Below the pieces are notes generated by a model. The model ran no database searches, was not told the origin of the DNA, and saw only the letters and a list, made by a program, of their open reading frames with translations. The translations under genes were made by a program, and so were the position numbers. 64,000 nt of DNA from Promethearchaeota archaeon (GTDB lineage: Archaea; Asgardarchaeota; Lokiarchaeia; Sigyniarchaeales; SOKP01), in assembly GCA_048938005.1 (NCBI GenBank), contig JBHLMQ010000006.1:32001-96000 (forward strand), in the 5' to 3' direction. This document shows, one piece after another, positions 40,116 through 51,146 of this stretch. Each line of letters opens with the position of its first letter. Position 1 is the first letter of the stretch.

Positions 40116-43022
40116 TTGCCAAGTCCAAAAAAGAAAAAATCAGATGATAAGGCTCAGAAATCACTCTTTTCTTTCGTTAGTGAAAAAGAAGAGGGAAAAG
40201 AAAAGCTGAAAGAAATGATTAAGGAAAGAAAAACAGAAGAAATAGAAGAAGAGAAGAAAATTAAGGAAAAGGCACATAGAGTAGTGGAAATTACAAAAGA
40301 GGTTCCTGCTCCCTTGTCTTTTAGAGGAGATGATAAACCATTTGGCTTAAAAGAGGGGAATATCAAGTTAGCCAAGGTACTGCGCGAAAATGTTTCTTCA
40401 AAATATATTCGTTACCTAATTGAAAAAGATGAAATTGTTGAAAATATAGAGAGAGGGTTTTTACTTGATGTAGATTATGACGGTGGACAAAATAAAGCAT
40501 ACTGTAAATTTTATGATTTAGATTCTGATGATATAAAGATTTGGATCGATACCACTGATCATGAGCCTTATTGTTTAAGTAAAGAACCTATTTCAGAATT
40601 AGAAAAACTATATTATACTGAAAAAACGGGACAGAAAACAAAACTGACTGATTATCAAGGATTTAATCGGTTTGAAGAAATAAAGCGGTTTGATTTGTTA
40701 GATGATCAAGAGATTGACATGATTAAGATTTATGGTAAAACACCAACGAATATTGGAGGCTCTGGAATAAATATACGTAATATTTTAGGAAACAATGAAA
40801 AAAAAGCTTGGGAAGCTGATATTCGGTATCACCTTAATTATATATTTGATAGGCAATTAATTCCAGGTTTAATTTATAAAATTGAAAACGGTAAGCTTGA
40901 AAAATTATCTTTTGAGAAAATTGATGAAAATTCGAAAAAAATGGCTAATGAGCTTCGAGAATTATTTAAAAATGAAACTCCAGAAATTCAAGAATTTTCT
41001 GAGGAATTTTTAGATATTTTTATAACTCCAATCCCAGAAGTTAAACGTTTAGCTATGGACATTGAAGTTATGGTCGGCGAAAGAGATTATAAAATCCCTG
41101 ATCCCCATTTAGCTAAGCAAGAAGTTATTAGCGTTTCATTTGTAGCGACAGATGGATTAAAATTAGTTTATATGCTTGAACGAGAAGGATATACATTCGA
41201 AAAAATGCATAAGAAATTCCCTTCTGACGCTAAAATTATGTTCTTCAAATCAGAGAAAGAGTTATTAATAGAAACTTTTCGCCTTATATGGGAGTATCCT
41301 ATAGTTATTACTTTTAATGGAGATAATTTTGACTTAAATTATTTATACCATAGAGCTGAAAAATTAAAAATCGAAAAGGATCTAAATCCTATTCATGTAA
41401 AAAGAGGTTTTGGGATTCTATCTAAAGCTGAATGTGATTTAAGAAAAGGAATACATATTGACTTATTTAATCTATTTTTCAATAGAAGTATTTCTGGTTA
41501 CGCATTTAGTGGCGCTTATGAGAGTGCCTCTCTTAATGCTATTAGTGCTGCCTTATTAGGAGAAGAAAAATTTAAGCATGATGAGATAATTCATGAAATG
41601 GAATATGATATTCTTTCTTGGTATAATCTTAAAGATTCTATATTAACCTTAGAATTAACAAAATTTAACAATTCACTAGTATGGAATCTAATCATTTTAT
41701 TATGCCGAATAACCAAGATGCCTATTCATGATATGGTTCGGAGGCAAATTTCAACATGGATTCAAAATATCTTTTATTTTGAACATAGGAGAAAAAAAGC
41801 TCTAATTCCTCGTCGATCAGAAATAAAGGAGTCAAAACCAGGAGGAATCCTGTCCTCTAAATTTGATGACGAAAAATTTTTAGGAGCTTACGTAGTAGAT
41901 CCGGTCCCAGGGATTCACTACGATGTAGTTGTTATGGATTTTGCAAGCCTATATCCTTCTATTATAAAAGAATATAATTTATCATACGAAACAGTCTTAT
42001 GCCCTCATAAAGATGATGAAGATAACCTTGTAAAAGGTACTCCTTATCACATATGTACTCATAAAATGGGAATCTTTGCATATGTTGTAGGTTTTTTTAG
42101 AGATATAAGAGTAAAATACTTTAAACCGAAATCAGGAGATAAAAATTTAACCGAAAAGCAAAGAAATTATTATCAAACAATCCAACAAGCTCTCAAAGTA
42201 TTCATCAACGGCTCGTATGGCGTTTTTGGATCCCAGAATTTCCCTTTATTTTGTTTACCTGTAGCAGAAAGCACTACAGGAATAGGACAATATTCTATTA
42301 AACAAACTATCAATAAGGCTGAACAATTGGGAGTAGAAGTATTATATGGTGATACAGATTCCGTTTTTCTGAAAAATCCTACAAAAGATCAAATGAAAGA
42401 AATTTCTGATTGGAGTAAAAAAGAACTTGATCTTGATTTGGAAGAGGAAAAAACATATCAATTCTTAGCCCTCTCTGAGAGAAAAAAGAATTATGTTGGG
42501 ATTTATAAGGATACTAAATATACAGATATAAAAGGTTTAGTAGCTAAAAAGAAAAATACTCCTGAATTTATTAAGACCGTATTTAGCGAAATGATTGAGA
42601 TATTGAAAAATATTACTAACAATGATGAATTTTTGAAAGCTAAGGATAAAATTATAGAAATTGTAAGAGATAACCTAAAGAAAATAGGAAAACCAGATAC
42701 TTTTACTTTAGAAGATTATGCGATCAATATTGCTATACAAAAGAACCTTAGAAGTTACACTAAAGTCGTTCCACAGCATGTGAGAGCAGCACTAGAAATA
42801 CGAGATGTAACAGGAAAAGAATATCAGAAAGGGGAAACAATAAGTTTTATCAAAAGTAAGGGGGCGATCGGAGCAAAAGCAATCGAATTAGCCAAACTCC
42901 AAGATGTTGATACCAAAAAATATAAGGAACTTTTAATATCCGCTTTAGAACAAGTGCTAGATGCACTCGGTATTACATTTGATGAAATTAAGGGTATTAA
43001 AAAGATGGATGCTTTTTTTTAA
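40116..43022 (+). CDS. polB: Family B DNA polymerase, PolB1-like
   Basis: DIEV, FNGDNFD, YNLKD exonuclease motifs; DFASLYPS, KVFINGSYG, YGDTDS, KKNY. Confidence 0.96.
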   Translation: MPSPKKKKSDDKAQKSLFSFVSEKEEGKEKLKEMIKERKTEEIEEEKKIKEKAHRVVEITKEVPAPLSFRGDDKPFGLKEGNIKLAKVLRENVSSKYIRYLIEKDEIVENIERGFLLDVDYDGGQNKAYCKFYDLDSDDIKIWIDTTDHEPYCLSKEPISELEKLYYTEKTGQKTKLTDYQGFNRFEEIKRFDLLDDQEIDMIKIYGKTPTNIGGSGINIRNILGNNEKKAWEADIRYHLNYIFDRQLIPGLIYKIENGKLEKLSFEKIDENSKKMANELRELFKNETPEIQEFSEEFLDIFITPIPEVKRLAMDIEVMVGERDYKIPDPHLAKQEVISVSFVATDGLKLVYMLEREGYTFEKMHKKFPSDAKIMFFKSEKELLIETFRLIWEYPIVITFNGDNFDLNYLYHRAEKLKIEKDLNPIHVKRGFGILSKAECDLRKGIHIDLFNLFFNRSISGYAFSGAYESASLNAISAALLGEEKFKHDEIIHEMEYDILSWYNLKDSILTLELTKFNNSLVWNLIILLCRITKMPIHDMVRRQISTWIQNIFYFEHRRKKALIPRRSEIKESKPGGILSSKFDDEKFLGAYVVDPVPGIHYDVVVMDFASLYPSIIKEYNLSYETVLCPHKDDEDNLVKGTPYHICTHKMGIFAYVVGFFRDIRVKYFKPKSGDKNLTEKQRNYYQTIQQALKVFINGSYGVFGSQNFPLFCLPVAESTTGIGQYSIKQTINKAEQLGVEVLYGDTDSVFLKNPTKDQMKEISDWSKKELDLDLEEEKTYQFLALSERKKNYVGIYKDTKYTDIKGLVAKKKNTPEFIKTVFSEMIEILKNITNNDEFLKAKDKIIEIVRDNLKKIGKPDTFTLEDYAINIAIQKNLRSYTKVVPQHVRAALEIRDVTGKEYQKGETISFIKSKGAIGAKAIELAKLQDVDTKKYKELLISALEQVLDALGITFDEIKGIKKMDAFF

Positions 43023-43042
43023 TTTTTCTTACATTTAATACT

Positions 43043-44125
43043 TCACAATAGATAATACAAACATCCCATAATTAAGGCACAAAAAATAGGATTTAAGATA
43101 TTATCATCAATTTTTAAATTTAAAAAGTCAATAATAAAAAAAACTATAGCTCCACTGCTAGCAATAATTATAATCTTGCTGAAATTTAATGTAGATTCGA
43201 ATATTAATAACATTAATATACTTATTCCGAAAGACGCCAAAAAACCAGCAATATATCCAACCACTGTCTTATCTGAAGATTTAGGGAAATAAATTTTTCC
43301 AAATCGAAGCCCAAAAACTGAGGCGGCACCATCACCGATAGTAGCTATTAAGCTAGCAGCAGCAAATACTCCAAACGGAAAGAAAAAAATAGGTGCAAAG
43401 GATAATACTAATATTGTAGGTTTAATAAATTCATAATTTTCCTTACGTTTCATCGATTTTCCTAACAAGTTCAAAACATTATCAGGTATTAAATGAAAAA
43501 AATTTCGACTCTCAAAAATATATGAGAGTCTTATATAATCTAAAGCACCAAATATTAAAATTCCCGAATATCCTGCAGTTAAAATTAAAAATTTTCCAAA
43601 TTCCTCACCAGTAATACCCCAAATGTTGTCGGCATTCCCTATCCCATCCCAAATATATACTGAAAAAATCCAGAGAAGAATTATTATTCCTGCTGGAAAT
43701 AAATGTAAGGCTTTCCGATGCAAATCAGTTTTTAAAATTTGCTTTCTTTCACTTGTTATACCATTATTTTTTTCATCAAATCTTTTAAGAAAGGCTTCAA
43801 TGTTTCTTTTTTCTTTGATATCTGGTTTCCTTTTTACAACAAATTGAAATTGATAATATAATATTAGAAATATCAACCCAGGTGTAAAGATACATATGAA
43901 AAATGTAGATAAGACTTGAAACAATCCAAAGTCCGTATTTTCGGTCCAAAAAAAAATAGGATATATCAACCCAGCTAATATCCATAGAACAAAAGTCAAA
44001 ATACTATTCAAAAAATTATGCTGTTCTGGATATTTTTTTCTTAATTCGATAGCATAATAAAATAAACCACCACCACAAATGACAAAGAGAATCGTTACAG
44101 GTAGAGTGATTATATTGTATACCAT
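43043..44125 (-). CDS. CTP-dependent polyprenol/diacylglycerol kinase (dolichol/phytol kinase family)
   Basis: RKALH, MKRKE, GDGAASVFG..FG, KTVVG, DDNILNP. Confidence 0.85.
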   Translation of the reverse strand: MVYNIITLPVTILFVICGGGLFYYAIELRKKYPEQHNFLNSILTFVLWILAGLIYPIFFWTENTDFGLFQVLSTFFICIFTPGLIFLILYYQFQFVVKRKPDIKEKRNIEAFLKRFDEKNNGITSERKQILKTDLHRKALHLFPAGIIILLWIFSVYIWDGIGNADNIWGITGEEFGKFLILTAGYSGILIFGALDYIRLSYIFESRNFFHLIPDNVLNLLGKSMKRKENYEFIKPTILVLSFAPIFFFPFGVFAAASLIATIGDGAASVFGLRFGKIYFPKSSDKTVVGYIAGFLASFGISILMLLIFESTLNFSKIIIIASSGAIVFFIIDFLNLKIDDNILNPIFCALIMGCLYYLL

Positions 44126-44288
44126 GATAAAATTAATTAAATCACTATCTCAAAAATATGTTTTGTAAAAATAATTGATTTAAGTTGAGTAAAGAAAATA
44201 ACTGTTTATGATATTTAGACTTTTTAATTTTAAATTGATTATTGAAAAATTAATATTAAAAATGGTTAAAAAGAGAATAAAAAAAAAA

Positions 44289-44576
44289 TTATAATCCCAT
44301 AAGAAGGATATCATCTATGGTCTTGCGAAGTTTCTTTAAATTTTCATCCCCAATGGCTTTATCAACTTGGACTTTTAAATCTAAAGCAGTACTAATAGCT
44401 TTAAAGATTGAATTTTGTATAAGGCTATTAAAGCTACTTTTTTCTCCCTTCACTTCTTTAAATTCTTCTACTCGTCTAAGCATTGCGTCTTCATAATCTT
44501 TCGCTGTTGACGTCCTTAGCTCCGCTAATTTTCGGATTTTTATGCCATCTTTATCTTCAAAGGTTTCTTCAGGCAT
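44289..44576 (-). CDS. Hypothetical protein abutting tes
   Basis: ATG immediately after tes stop, AGGTGA SD. Confidence 0.75.
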   Translation of the reverse strand: MPEETFEDKDGIKIRKLAELRTSTAKDYEDAMLRRVEEFKEVKGEKSSFNSLIQNSIFKAISTALDLKVQVDKAIGDENLKKLRKTIDDILLMGL

Positions 44577-46313
44577 TTATTTATCACCTTCCTTTTCAAT
44601 TCCACCATTACGGGCTACTTCTTGCTGAACCTCTTCAACAGCCTGACCTGTAGAGGTATCAAATTCATCCCTTACTTTTGCTGTAAGTTGCTTGGCAATT
44701 TGTTTCTCAATAATAGGTCTATGAATAGTGTTCATTGTACAGAATGAAATCTCTTTAACTGTCTTATCAGGCATTGCTATCCCAAAATGCACAATACACC
44801 TTTTAGTTCTTTCAATATCCATATTATAGGCATCCTGAAAATGCATGCTCGAAAGTAGCAATGCGCCATAGCTAAATGAACTCACACTCTCCCAATCTCC
44901 ACGCATTACTAGCCTTGAAAACATCTCCATGAGCTTTCCTGGTTTTTTCATATATTGTAATACTCCAAGTAAAAATCTCGCTCGAAGCTGCGTTTTGTCT
45001 AAAAAATTAAGTCCTTTATCAAGTGTCTTACCAAAATCACCAAATATATCTTCAAAAATTTTAATTGGTTTCTTCTCTTTATGCTTTATTTTAGCCCAAA
45101 AACGGTTTGCGAAATCTATAACTTTTAATGGGTCAAAATATTCCATTATAGGCATCATTTCCCCACTATCAGGGTCTGTGACTAAATATGAAGCAAAACC
45201 GCAATCAGGATGACATGTAAACTCTATAGGGTCGACATCTGCTAAATAAGCTATAACTCTACCGAATTCCACAATGGTACTTAGCGGATACCATGCATTT
45301 TCCATACTAATCTTTCCTCCGGTTTGTTTCTCGATCTCTTTGAGAATATCTGCATTTGTTATTCGAAGATCTTCTCTCTCTTCAAATGCAATTCGTCCAC
45401 AAAGCGATACGGGTTGAAATGTTATCCCCCGTACAACATCCACATTATCAATAGCATATTGAATAATATTACCAACTTCGATGTCTGTAACTCCTTTAGC
45501 AATTGTAGCAACCAACACTATGGAATCTAAACCCGCTTTACGGCAATTTTCTATAACTCTTTGTTTGTATGCCATAAGGTTCTTAATTCCGCGAGTTTTT
45601 TCGTATGTAGCATCATTTATGCCATCGAATTGGAAGTATAATGTATCTAAACCCGCTTGTTTTACCTTTTTAGTCCATTCTAGGCCACCATTTTTCTTTT
45701 GGAAGCCATAACCATTTGTAGCTACGATAACCTCTTTAAATCCGTTATCTTTTGCCATTTTGCAAATTTCAGGAAAGTCCTTTCTAACAGTAGGTTCTCC
45801 ACCGGTAAACATTATAGCAATTGCTGGAATTGGTTTACTTCTAAAATGTTTCATAATTCTATCGATTTCTTCCAATGTAGGTTCAACTAAATAGCCAGAT
45901 TTTTGTACATTCGCATAACAAAAGTTACAATTAAAATTACAGCGATTTGTTAAATCTATTAAAGCTAATGAGCAAGTTGAAATGTGTTGTTCACATAAGC
46001 CACAATTATATGGACAGCCCCTTGGATCTTCACCAATAAAATCAGGAGGATTAGTTTCACCATCTTTATCAAATTTCCAAACAATGTTTCCATCTTTATC
46101 TCTTATAGCCCAATGTGTCCATTTATAATATTTAGCACTCGAACTAAGTTTATCTTTGAAAAATCCATGTTCTTCACATGATTTTTTCATCCAAATTTGA
46201 TCATCTTCTTCATAAACTTCAGCATCAATAGGTTCTAAACATTCTGGACAAACACTTCGCGTTTTTCGATAATATGGTACACTTAAATACTCATCATCGT
46301 CTAAATGGTACAT
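44577..46313 (-). CDS. tes: Radical SAM tetraether (GDGT) synthase homolog
   Basis: SVCPEC..C.EHG, GCPYNCGLC..H, LTNRCNFNCNFC, HPDCG, MHFQDAYN.D.ER.KRC, SFC; MJ0619/Tes architecture. Confidence 0.88.
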   Translation of the reverse strand: MYHLDDDEYLSVPYYRKTRSVCPECLEPIDAEVYEEDDQIWMKKSCEEHGFFKDKLSSSAKYYKWTHWAIRDKDGNIVWKFDKDGETNPPDFIGEDPRGCPYNCGLCEQHISTCSLALIDLTNRCNFNCNFCYANVQKSGYLVEPTLEEIDRIMKHFRSKPIPAIAIMFTGGEPTVRKDFPEICKMAKDNGFKEVIVATNGYGFQKKNGGLEWTKKVKQAGLDTLYFQFDGINDATYEKTRGIKNLMAYKQRVIENCRKAGLDSIVLVATIAKGVTDIEVGNIIQYAIDNVDVVRGITFQPVSLCGRIAFEEREDLRITNADILKEIEKQTGGKISMENAWYPLSTIVEFGRVIAYLADVDPIEFTCHPDCGFASYLVTDPDSGEMMPIMEYFDPLKVIDFANRFWAKIKHKEKKPIKIFEDIFGDFGKTLDKGLNFLDKTQLRARFLLGVLQYMKKPGKLMEMFSRLVMRGDWESVSSFSYGALLLSSMHFQDAYNMDIERTKRCIVHFGIAMPDKTVKEISFCTMNTIHRPIIEKQIAKQLTAKVRDEFDTSTGQAVEEVQQEVARNGGIEKEGDK

Positions 46314-46579
46314 TTTCTGTATACTCCAAATTAAAAAATTTTAATAAAATAGTTATTTATCCAAAAATGCATTTGATTATTTTTAAATTTTTTACGATGA
46401 ATACGATTCTTAAGAATAATATTATTAAAGTTCGTAAAACTTAAAAATTAATCGATTTGAGTCTCTCATACCCTTTATTGGAGAATATTATTTTTGAAAA
46501 TTAAATTCAAGTAAATGTTAATAATTAGAAAAACCAAGTAAATACTTAAGAAAATATTACTAAAATTTATTAGAAAAAA

Positions 46580-47959
46580 ATGAAGACTATGAGCTCTGGT
46601 TTTATAAATAACCAAAATATGATTTTAGCTACGGATTTTTATCAATTAACGATGGGAGCGGCCTATTATCAATATAATCTGGAAAATAATATTGATGAAA
46701 AAGATGATATTGCTACTTTTGAATTATTTATTCGACAATTTCCTAGAAATCGTAATTATTTAATTTTTGCAGGTTTAGAACAAGCAGTTCACTTCCTATT
46801 AAATGCTAGATTTACAGAGCGTACTATTGAATTTTTAAGAGAGAAAGCAGTTTTTAAAAATATTGATGCAAATTTTTTCAATGAGTACTTACCTAATTTT
46901 AAATTCAATTTGAATGTCTGGGCAATGAAGGAAGGAAACTTTTTCTTCCCAAATGAACCAATTATAAGAGTAGAGGGTCCTATGTTTCATGCTCAAATTG
47001 TTGAAACATATTTGCTTAATGTAATTAATTATCAAACTCTTGTTGCTTCTAAAGCATCAAGAATTAAAAATATAGCTCCAGATAAAGTTCTTCTTGAATT
47101 TGGCACAAGACGATCACATAGTCCACTTGCTGGTGTATATGCTGCCCGAGCAAGCTATATTGCAGGATTTAACGCTACCAGCAATGTAGTTGCAGATCTG
47201 GAATTATCAATTAATTCTACTGGCACTATGGCTCACAGTTTTGTTCAAAAATTCGAGAGCGAATTAGACAGTTTTGACTCATATTATAAAATTTATGATA
47301 AAGACTCTATCCTATTAATAGACACATACCATACTGAGAAAGCAGCTGAAAAATCTTGTAAGTTTGGAAATAATATAAAAGGAGTTCGAATAGATTCTGG
47401 CGATCTAATTGATCATGCCAAAAAAGTTCGAAAAATTTTGGATGATAATGGATGTGAAAAAGTGTTAATTGTAGCAAGTTCAGATTTGAATGAATATAAG
47501 ATAAAAGAGATTATTGATAGAAATGCTCCCATAGATGCTTTTGGTATTGGAACTGAATTAGCAACCTCTAGTGACGATCCCACGATTTCTGGAGTATATA
47601 AATTAATAGAATATAATAATATACCTAAAATAAAGATAAGTGAAGAAAAATTAACCTATCCTGGAGTAAAACAGGTTTATAGGATATACGACAAAGATGG
47701 GATGTTTAAAGAAGATTTATTAGCTTTGGAAAACGAAACTGCACCTCCCAATTCAGAAGCGTTATTAATTCCTGTAATAAAGAATGGTGAATTAATTAAC
47801 CCTTACCCTAAATTAGATAATATCCAGAATTATTATTTAGAGAATATAAAGAAACTACCTGATACTTATAAGAAATTGAAGGAAGCCAAAATATTCAAAT
47901 TGAAAGTTTCTAAAAAATTAGAGCAACTTACAAATTCATTAGCACAAAAATATCCTTAA
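46580..47959 (+). CDS. pncB: Nicotinate phosphoribosyltransferase
   Basis: TDFYQLTM, EFGTRR, GTMAHS, LIDTY, GVRIDSGD, GVYKL. Confidence 0.95.
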   Translation: MKTMSSGFINNQNMILATDFYQLTMGAAYYQYNLENNIDEKDDIATFELFIRQFPRNRNYLIFAGLEQAVHFLLNARFTERTIEFLREKAVFKNIDANFFNEYLPNFKFNLNVWAMKEGNFFFPNEPIIRVEGPMFHAQIVETYLLNVINYQTLVASKASRIKNIAPDKVLLEFGTRRSHSPLAGVYAARASYIAGFNATSNVVADLELSINSTGTMAHSFVQKFESELDSFDSYYKIYDKDSILLIDTYHTEKAAEKSCKFGNNIKGVRIDSGDLIDHAKKVRKILDDNGCEKVLIVASSDLNEYKIKEIIDRNAPIDAFGIGTELATSSDDPTISGVYKLIEYNNIPKIKISEEKLTYPGVKQVYRIYDKDGMFKEDLLALENETAPPNSEALLIPVIKNGELINPYPKLDNIQNYYLENIKKLPDTYKKLKEAKIFKLKVSKKLEQLTNSLAQKYP

Positions 47960-47991
47960 AAAGATACTTCAATAATATAAAATCATACTTT

Positions 47992-48831
47992 TTAATGATT
48001 TAACCTCGTAAGGTTAGCACATATATCCCAAAGTTTTTTTGCAACAGAAGTATCATAGGTAATTTCTTTAGATTTTGCCTCATTCTTATCTATAAAAAAC
48101 TTTCCGCTTACACCTTCTACTTCAGGAGAAGAAGCAAGATAAATTGAAGTCTTAGCTCCTTCTTCTGGGCTCTTAGCAAGACTAAAGATAATTTTTGTAA
48201 AAAATTTAATGATTCCTTTATAATAGCGAGTAATATTGGTCTTTATGAATCCTGGATGAAGACAATTTACTGTAATTCCAGTACCTTTTAACCGCCTAGC
48301 AAATTCATATGTGATAAGAATAAGAGCAGTTTTGGATCGAGAATACGCCTTCCATGATCTAAAGTATTTTTTAGATTGAAGTTTTTCAAAATTAATAGAT
48401 TTGCTTTGCACATTCGATGCAACATTAATTACTCTAGCAGGGCTACTGTTTTTTAGAGTTGGAATTAACAAATTTGTTAGTAAAAAAGGGGCTAAAGTGT
48501 TAATAGCAAATGCTTTTTCAATACCATCCACTGTTTCATATCTTTTACTGGGATTGACTCCTGCATTATTTATTAGGACATTTAATTTATCATATTTTTT
48601 TTTGAAATCTGAAACAAAGTCTCGAATAGATTGCTGTGAAGAAAGATCTGCTAGCATTAATTCAATTAACTCATTTCCACTTTCATTTATTATTTCAAAC
48701 TGTGCTTCTTCGCCTCGAGATTTATCGCGACAAAGCATTATAATATGTGCTCCTAATTGAGCCAGTCCTAATGCTGTTGCTTTACCTATTCCTGAATTAG
48801 CTCCTGTTACAATACAGATTTTATCTTTCAT
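47992..48831 (-). CDS. Short-chain dehydrogenase/reductase (retinol dehydrogenase-like)
   Basis: TGANSGIG, NNAG, YSRSK, LHPG. Confidence 0.92.
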   Translation of the reverse strand: MKDKICIVTGANSGIGKATALGLAQLGAHIIMLCRDKSRGEEAQFEIINESGNELIELMLADLSSQQSIRDFVSDFKKKYDKLNVLINNAGVNPSKRYETVDGIEKAFAINTLAPFLLTNLLIPTLKNSSPARVINVASNVQSKSINFEKLQSKKYFRSWKAYSRSKTALILITYEFARRLKGTGITVNCLHPGFIKTNITRYYKGIIKFFTKIIFSLAKSPEEGAKTSIYLASSPEVEGVSGKFFIDKNEAKSKEITYDTSVAKKLWDICANLTRLNH

Positions 48832-48960
48832 GTAATTAGATATTTAGTTACTAAAAACTGTAGTTATTAAATCCCTAGGTATGAATAAATTAAAATATTT
48901 CTGATTTCAAAATGAAGAGAGAAAAATTAAAGATTTTAAATAGGACTCTTAGTGTATTGA

Positions 48961-49908
48961 TTATTTCCTCGCAGCTTTTCTAACATTCTTTACTATATAA
49001 CCCCAAAAATTATCTTTATCCAATTTACCATTAAAGTTGATTTTATCTCCTTTTTTAAAACTGTTTTCACTCTGTAGTTTTTCACTAATTCTCACTTTTA
49101 AATTTTCAACATTTTCGATATCTTCTTCACGATAATCACTTGCTTTTTTCAATTTAGGACCAAACTTAATATTTTTAAGCGAAGCTATAAAAAATCTTGT
49201 TATATTCCCTTGAAATTCAGATTCTCTTTCAAGGATCTCCGTAATTTCACCTTCATATACAGTTATAGATGAATTAAGAAAATTCATTAATTTGGCGCCC
49301 GACGATGTCTCATCGATAAGAACTGCGGCTTCTTGTATTTTCTCAACTTTTTCCCCAACTTGCGCTCCTGCAAGTTTAATAGTTTTAATTTTTTCTTCAA
49401 AATCATCCGGTATAGCAGTTAAAGTCCAATCTTTAAGTTTAAACCAATTTTGTTTTAATGAAAAAATAAATCCAATCCAAAAATGACTGCAAAATCCCAT
49501 ATTCGCCCCAATCCGACAATCGCAATCACGCTCAGGATTATCTATATTTTTTGGAGTAATGGATAAAAATGATTGTACTTCCCAATTCCACCCTTTAAAT
49601 AATAACTCAATTTCATGATCATCAGGATTTACTATTTTTATTTCGGCGATACTTTCTCTATTTTCACCATTAATTTTCTTTATTGCTAAATCAATTCCAT
49701 TAGATATTATTTCAATTTCTTTTTGTTGTAATAGTTCATTATATTCTTCTTCTGCTAACGAATCAAGAATATAATCAATTAATTCCAATTTCTTAAGCTT
49801 TGAAAATCCTTTAATTTCAAAATCTCGGCATATTTGTTTCAAATTATCCAAATTTAAGTATTGTAAAAGAAAATTCAAGTAAGTTCTATTATCTATAGAT
49901 CTATTCAT
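48961..49908 (-). CDS. SAP/Rho_N-like + SWIM zinc finger + possible OB-fold protein
   Basis: LKQICRDFEIKGFSKLKKLELID; CDC...FCSH; beta-rich C-terminus. Confidence 0.65.
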   Translation of the reverse strand: MNRSIDNRTYLNFLLQYLNLDNLKQICRDFEIKGFSKLKKLELIDYILDSLAEEEYNELLQQKEIEIISNGIDLAIKKINGENRESIAEIKIVNPDDHEIELLFKGWNWEVQSFLSITPKNIDNPERDCDCRIGANMGFCSHFWIGFIFSLKQNWFKLKDWTLTAIPDDFEEKIKTIKLAGAQVGEKVEKIQEAAVLIDETSSGAKLMNFLNSSITVYEGEITEILERESEFQGNITRFFIASLKNIKFGPKLKKASDYREEDIENVENLKVRISEKLQSENSFKKGDKINFNGKLDKDNFWGYIVKNVRKAARK

Positions 49909-50121
49909 TTTATTTCAAGCCCAATAATTATAAAATACTAATTCTCCAAGAATTATTTTGATTTATTGCTTATAATTATAACTGCTGTAAAAATTCTTTC
50001 ATCATATTATTATTAGAAAATCTAATTGTAGTAAAGCGTGAAAATGATAGGAATCTCCCAAAAAAGTGTAATTTAAGCGGGATCAATTTTTTAAATATAA
50101 AGAAAGTAAAATAAAAATCGT

Positions 50122-50736
50122 TTAATCTGTCATAGTCCCTCTAACAAGAAAATCTGTCAGATTCTTAATAAGTTTTTCCTCTTCAAGTTCAAAATCACTC
50201 CGAATCCACCAATTAAATACTCCCAGTACTGTAGATGTCCAAACTCTAGCTGTTACACTGGGATTTTGGCTACGAGCTCCATATTCTACTAGCTTTAAGA
50301 TAATTTTTTCTACTTCATCTGTAAACTTATCAATAATCTCATTTCTTTTCGCTCTGTATTTATTATTAATCCCACCCATTTGTTCAAGAAAAATGAGGAA
50401 AGTCTCTTTTTTTGCTTTAAATATCTTTGCATATCCTCGAAAGAGGTTCTTAACAGCAGAGATTGGGGGGATTCTATTTTCTTGGAAATAAATGAATAAT
50501 TCTCTAAACTTCCCGATCATAAGCTCAGCTAATCCACTAATTATGACTTCAAATATTTCCTCCTTACTTTTAAAATAATTATAAAAATTTCCTACTGAAG
50601 TTCCAGCCTTTTTTGTAATATCTTTTATCCGAGTGTTATTAAATCCTTTTTCTTCAAAAACAGAGAGTGCTGATATTAAATATAGGTTTCTCTTTTCCTT
50701 CTTAATTATTTCAGACTTTCTTGCTCTTAAAGACAT
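50122..50736 (-). CDS. TetR/AcrR-family regulator (FadR-like)
   Basis: F.EKGF..T.IKDI..KAG.SVGNFYNYFKSKE. Confidence 0.93.
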   Translation of the reverse strand: MSLRARKSEIIKKEKRNLYLISALSVFEEKGFNNTRIKDITKKAGTSVGNFYNYFKSKEEIFEVIISGLAELMIGKFRELFIYFQENRIPPISAVKNLFRGYAKIFKAKKETFLIFLEQMGGINNKYRAKRNEIIDKFTDEVEKIILKLVEYGARSQNPSVTARVWTSTVLGVFNWWIRSDFELEEEKLIKNLTDFLVRGTMTD

Positions 50737-50989
50737 TTATAATCATCTCAAAAAATATTATATAATTTATATCAAAGCAAAATTCATTAGAAATGTTATT
50801 ACATGTTAAGAAATTAAGTTAAAATTTATTACTTTTTATTTTTCAAATTTCAATAGGTTTATTAATTTTCTTACAATTTTTTAATAAAATTCGATTAATG
50901 GAAGTAGGAAAATGATGAGAATTATATAAATGTGCTATTTTAATATCTTTTCTAAAATAATTCGTTGTAAAATAAAGATAAGGATCTAA

Positions 50990-51007
50990 TGAATGAATAT
51001 TCATTCA
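50990..51007. promoter_or_regulatory. Perfect 18-bp palindrome TGAATGAATATTCATTCA, TetR/FadR-type operator
   Basis: Perfect dyad upstream of the TetR gene; extra half-site TGAATGA at 51009-51015. Confidence 0.8.
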
Positions 51008-51146
51008 GTGAATGACGATTCGGAAAAATCCACCATTGGAAGCGTATGAAAATATTTATATAGTAAAGTATCTTTCTTATTAAAAAATAATTATTTAATT
51101 AAAAAAACATTTGAATAAAAGATTAACACTAAAGGTGAAAATATAA

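Noticed and set aside
46390-46439. TTTTACGA...TCGTAAAA dyad between tes and pncB
   Set aside because: 8-bp AT-rich arms, not found upstream of the NadM-like gene
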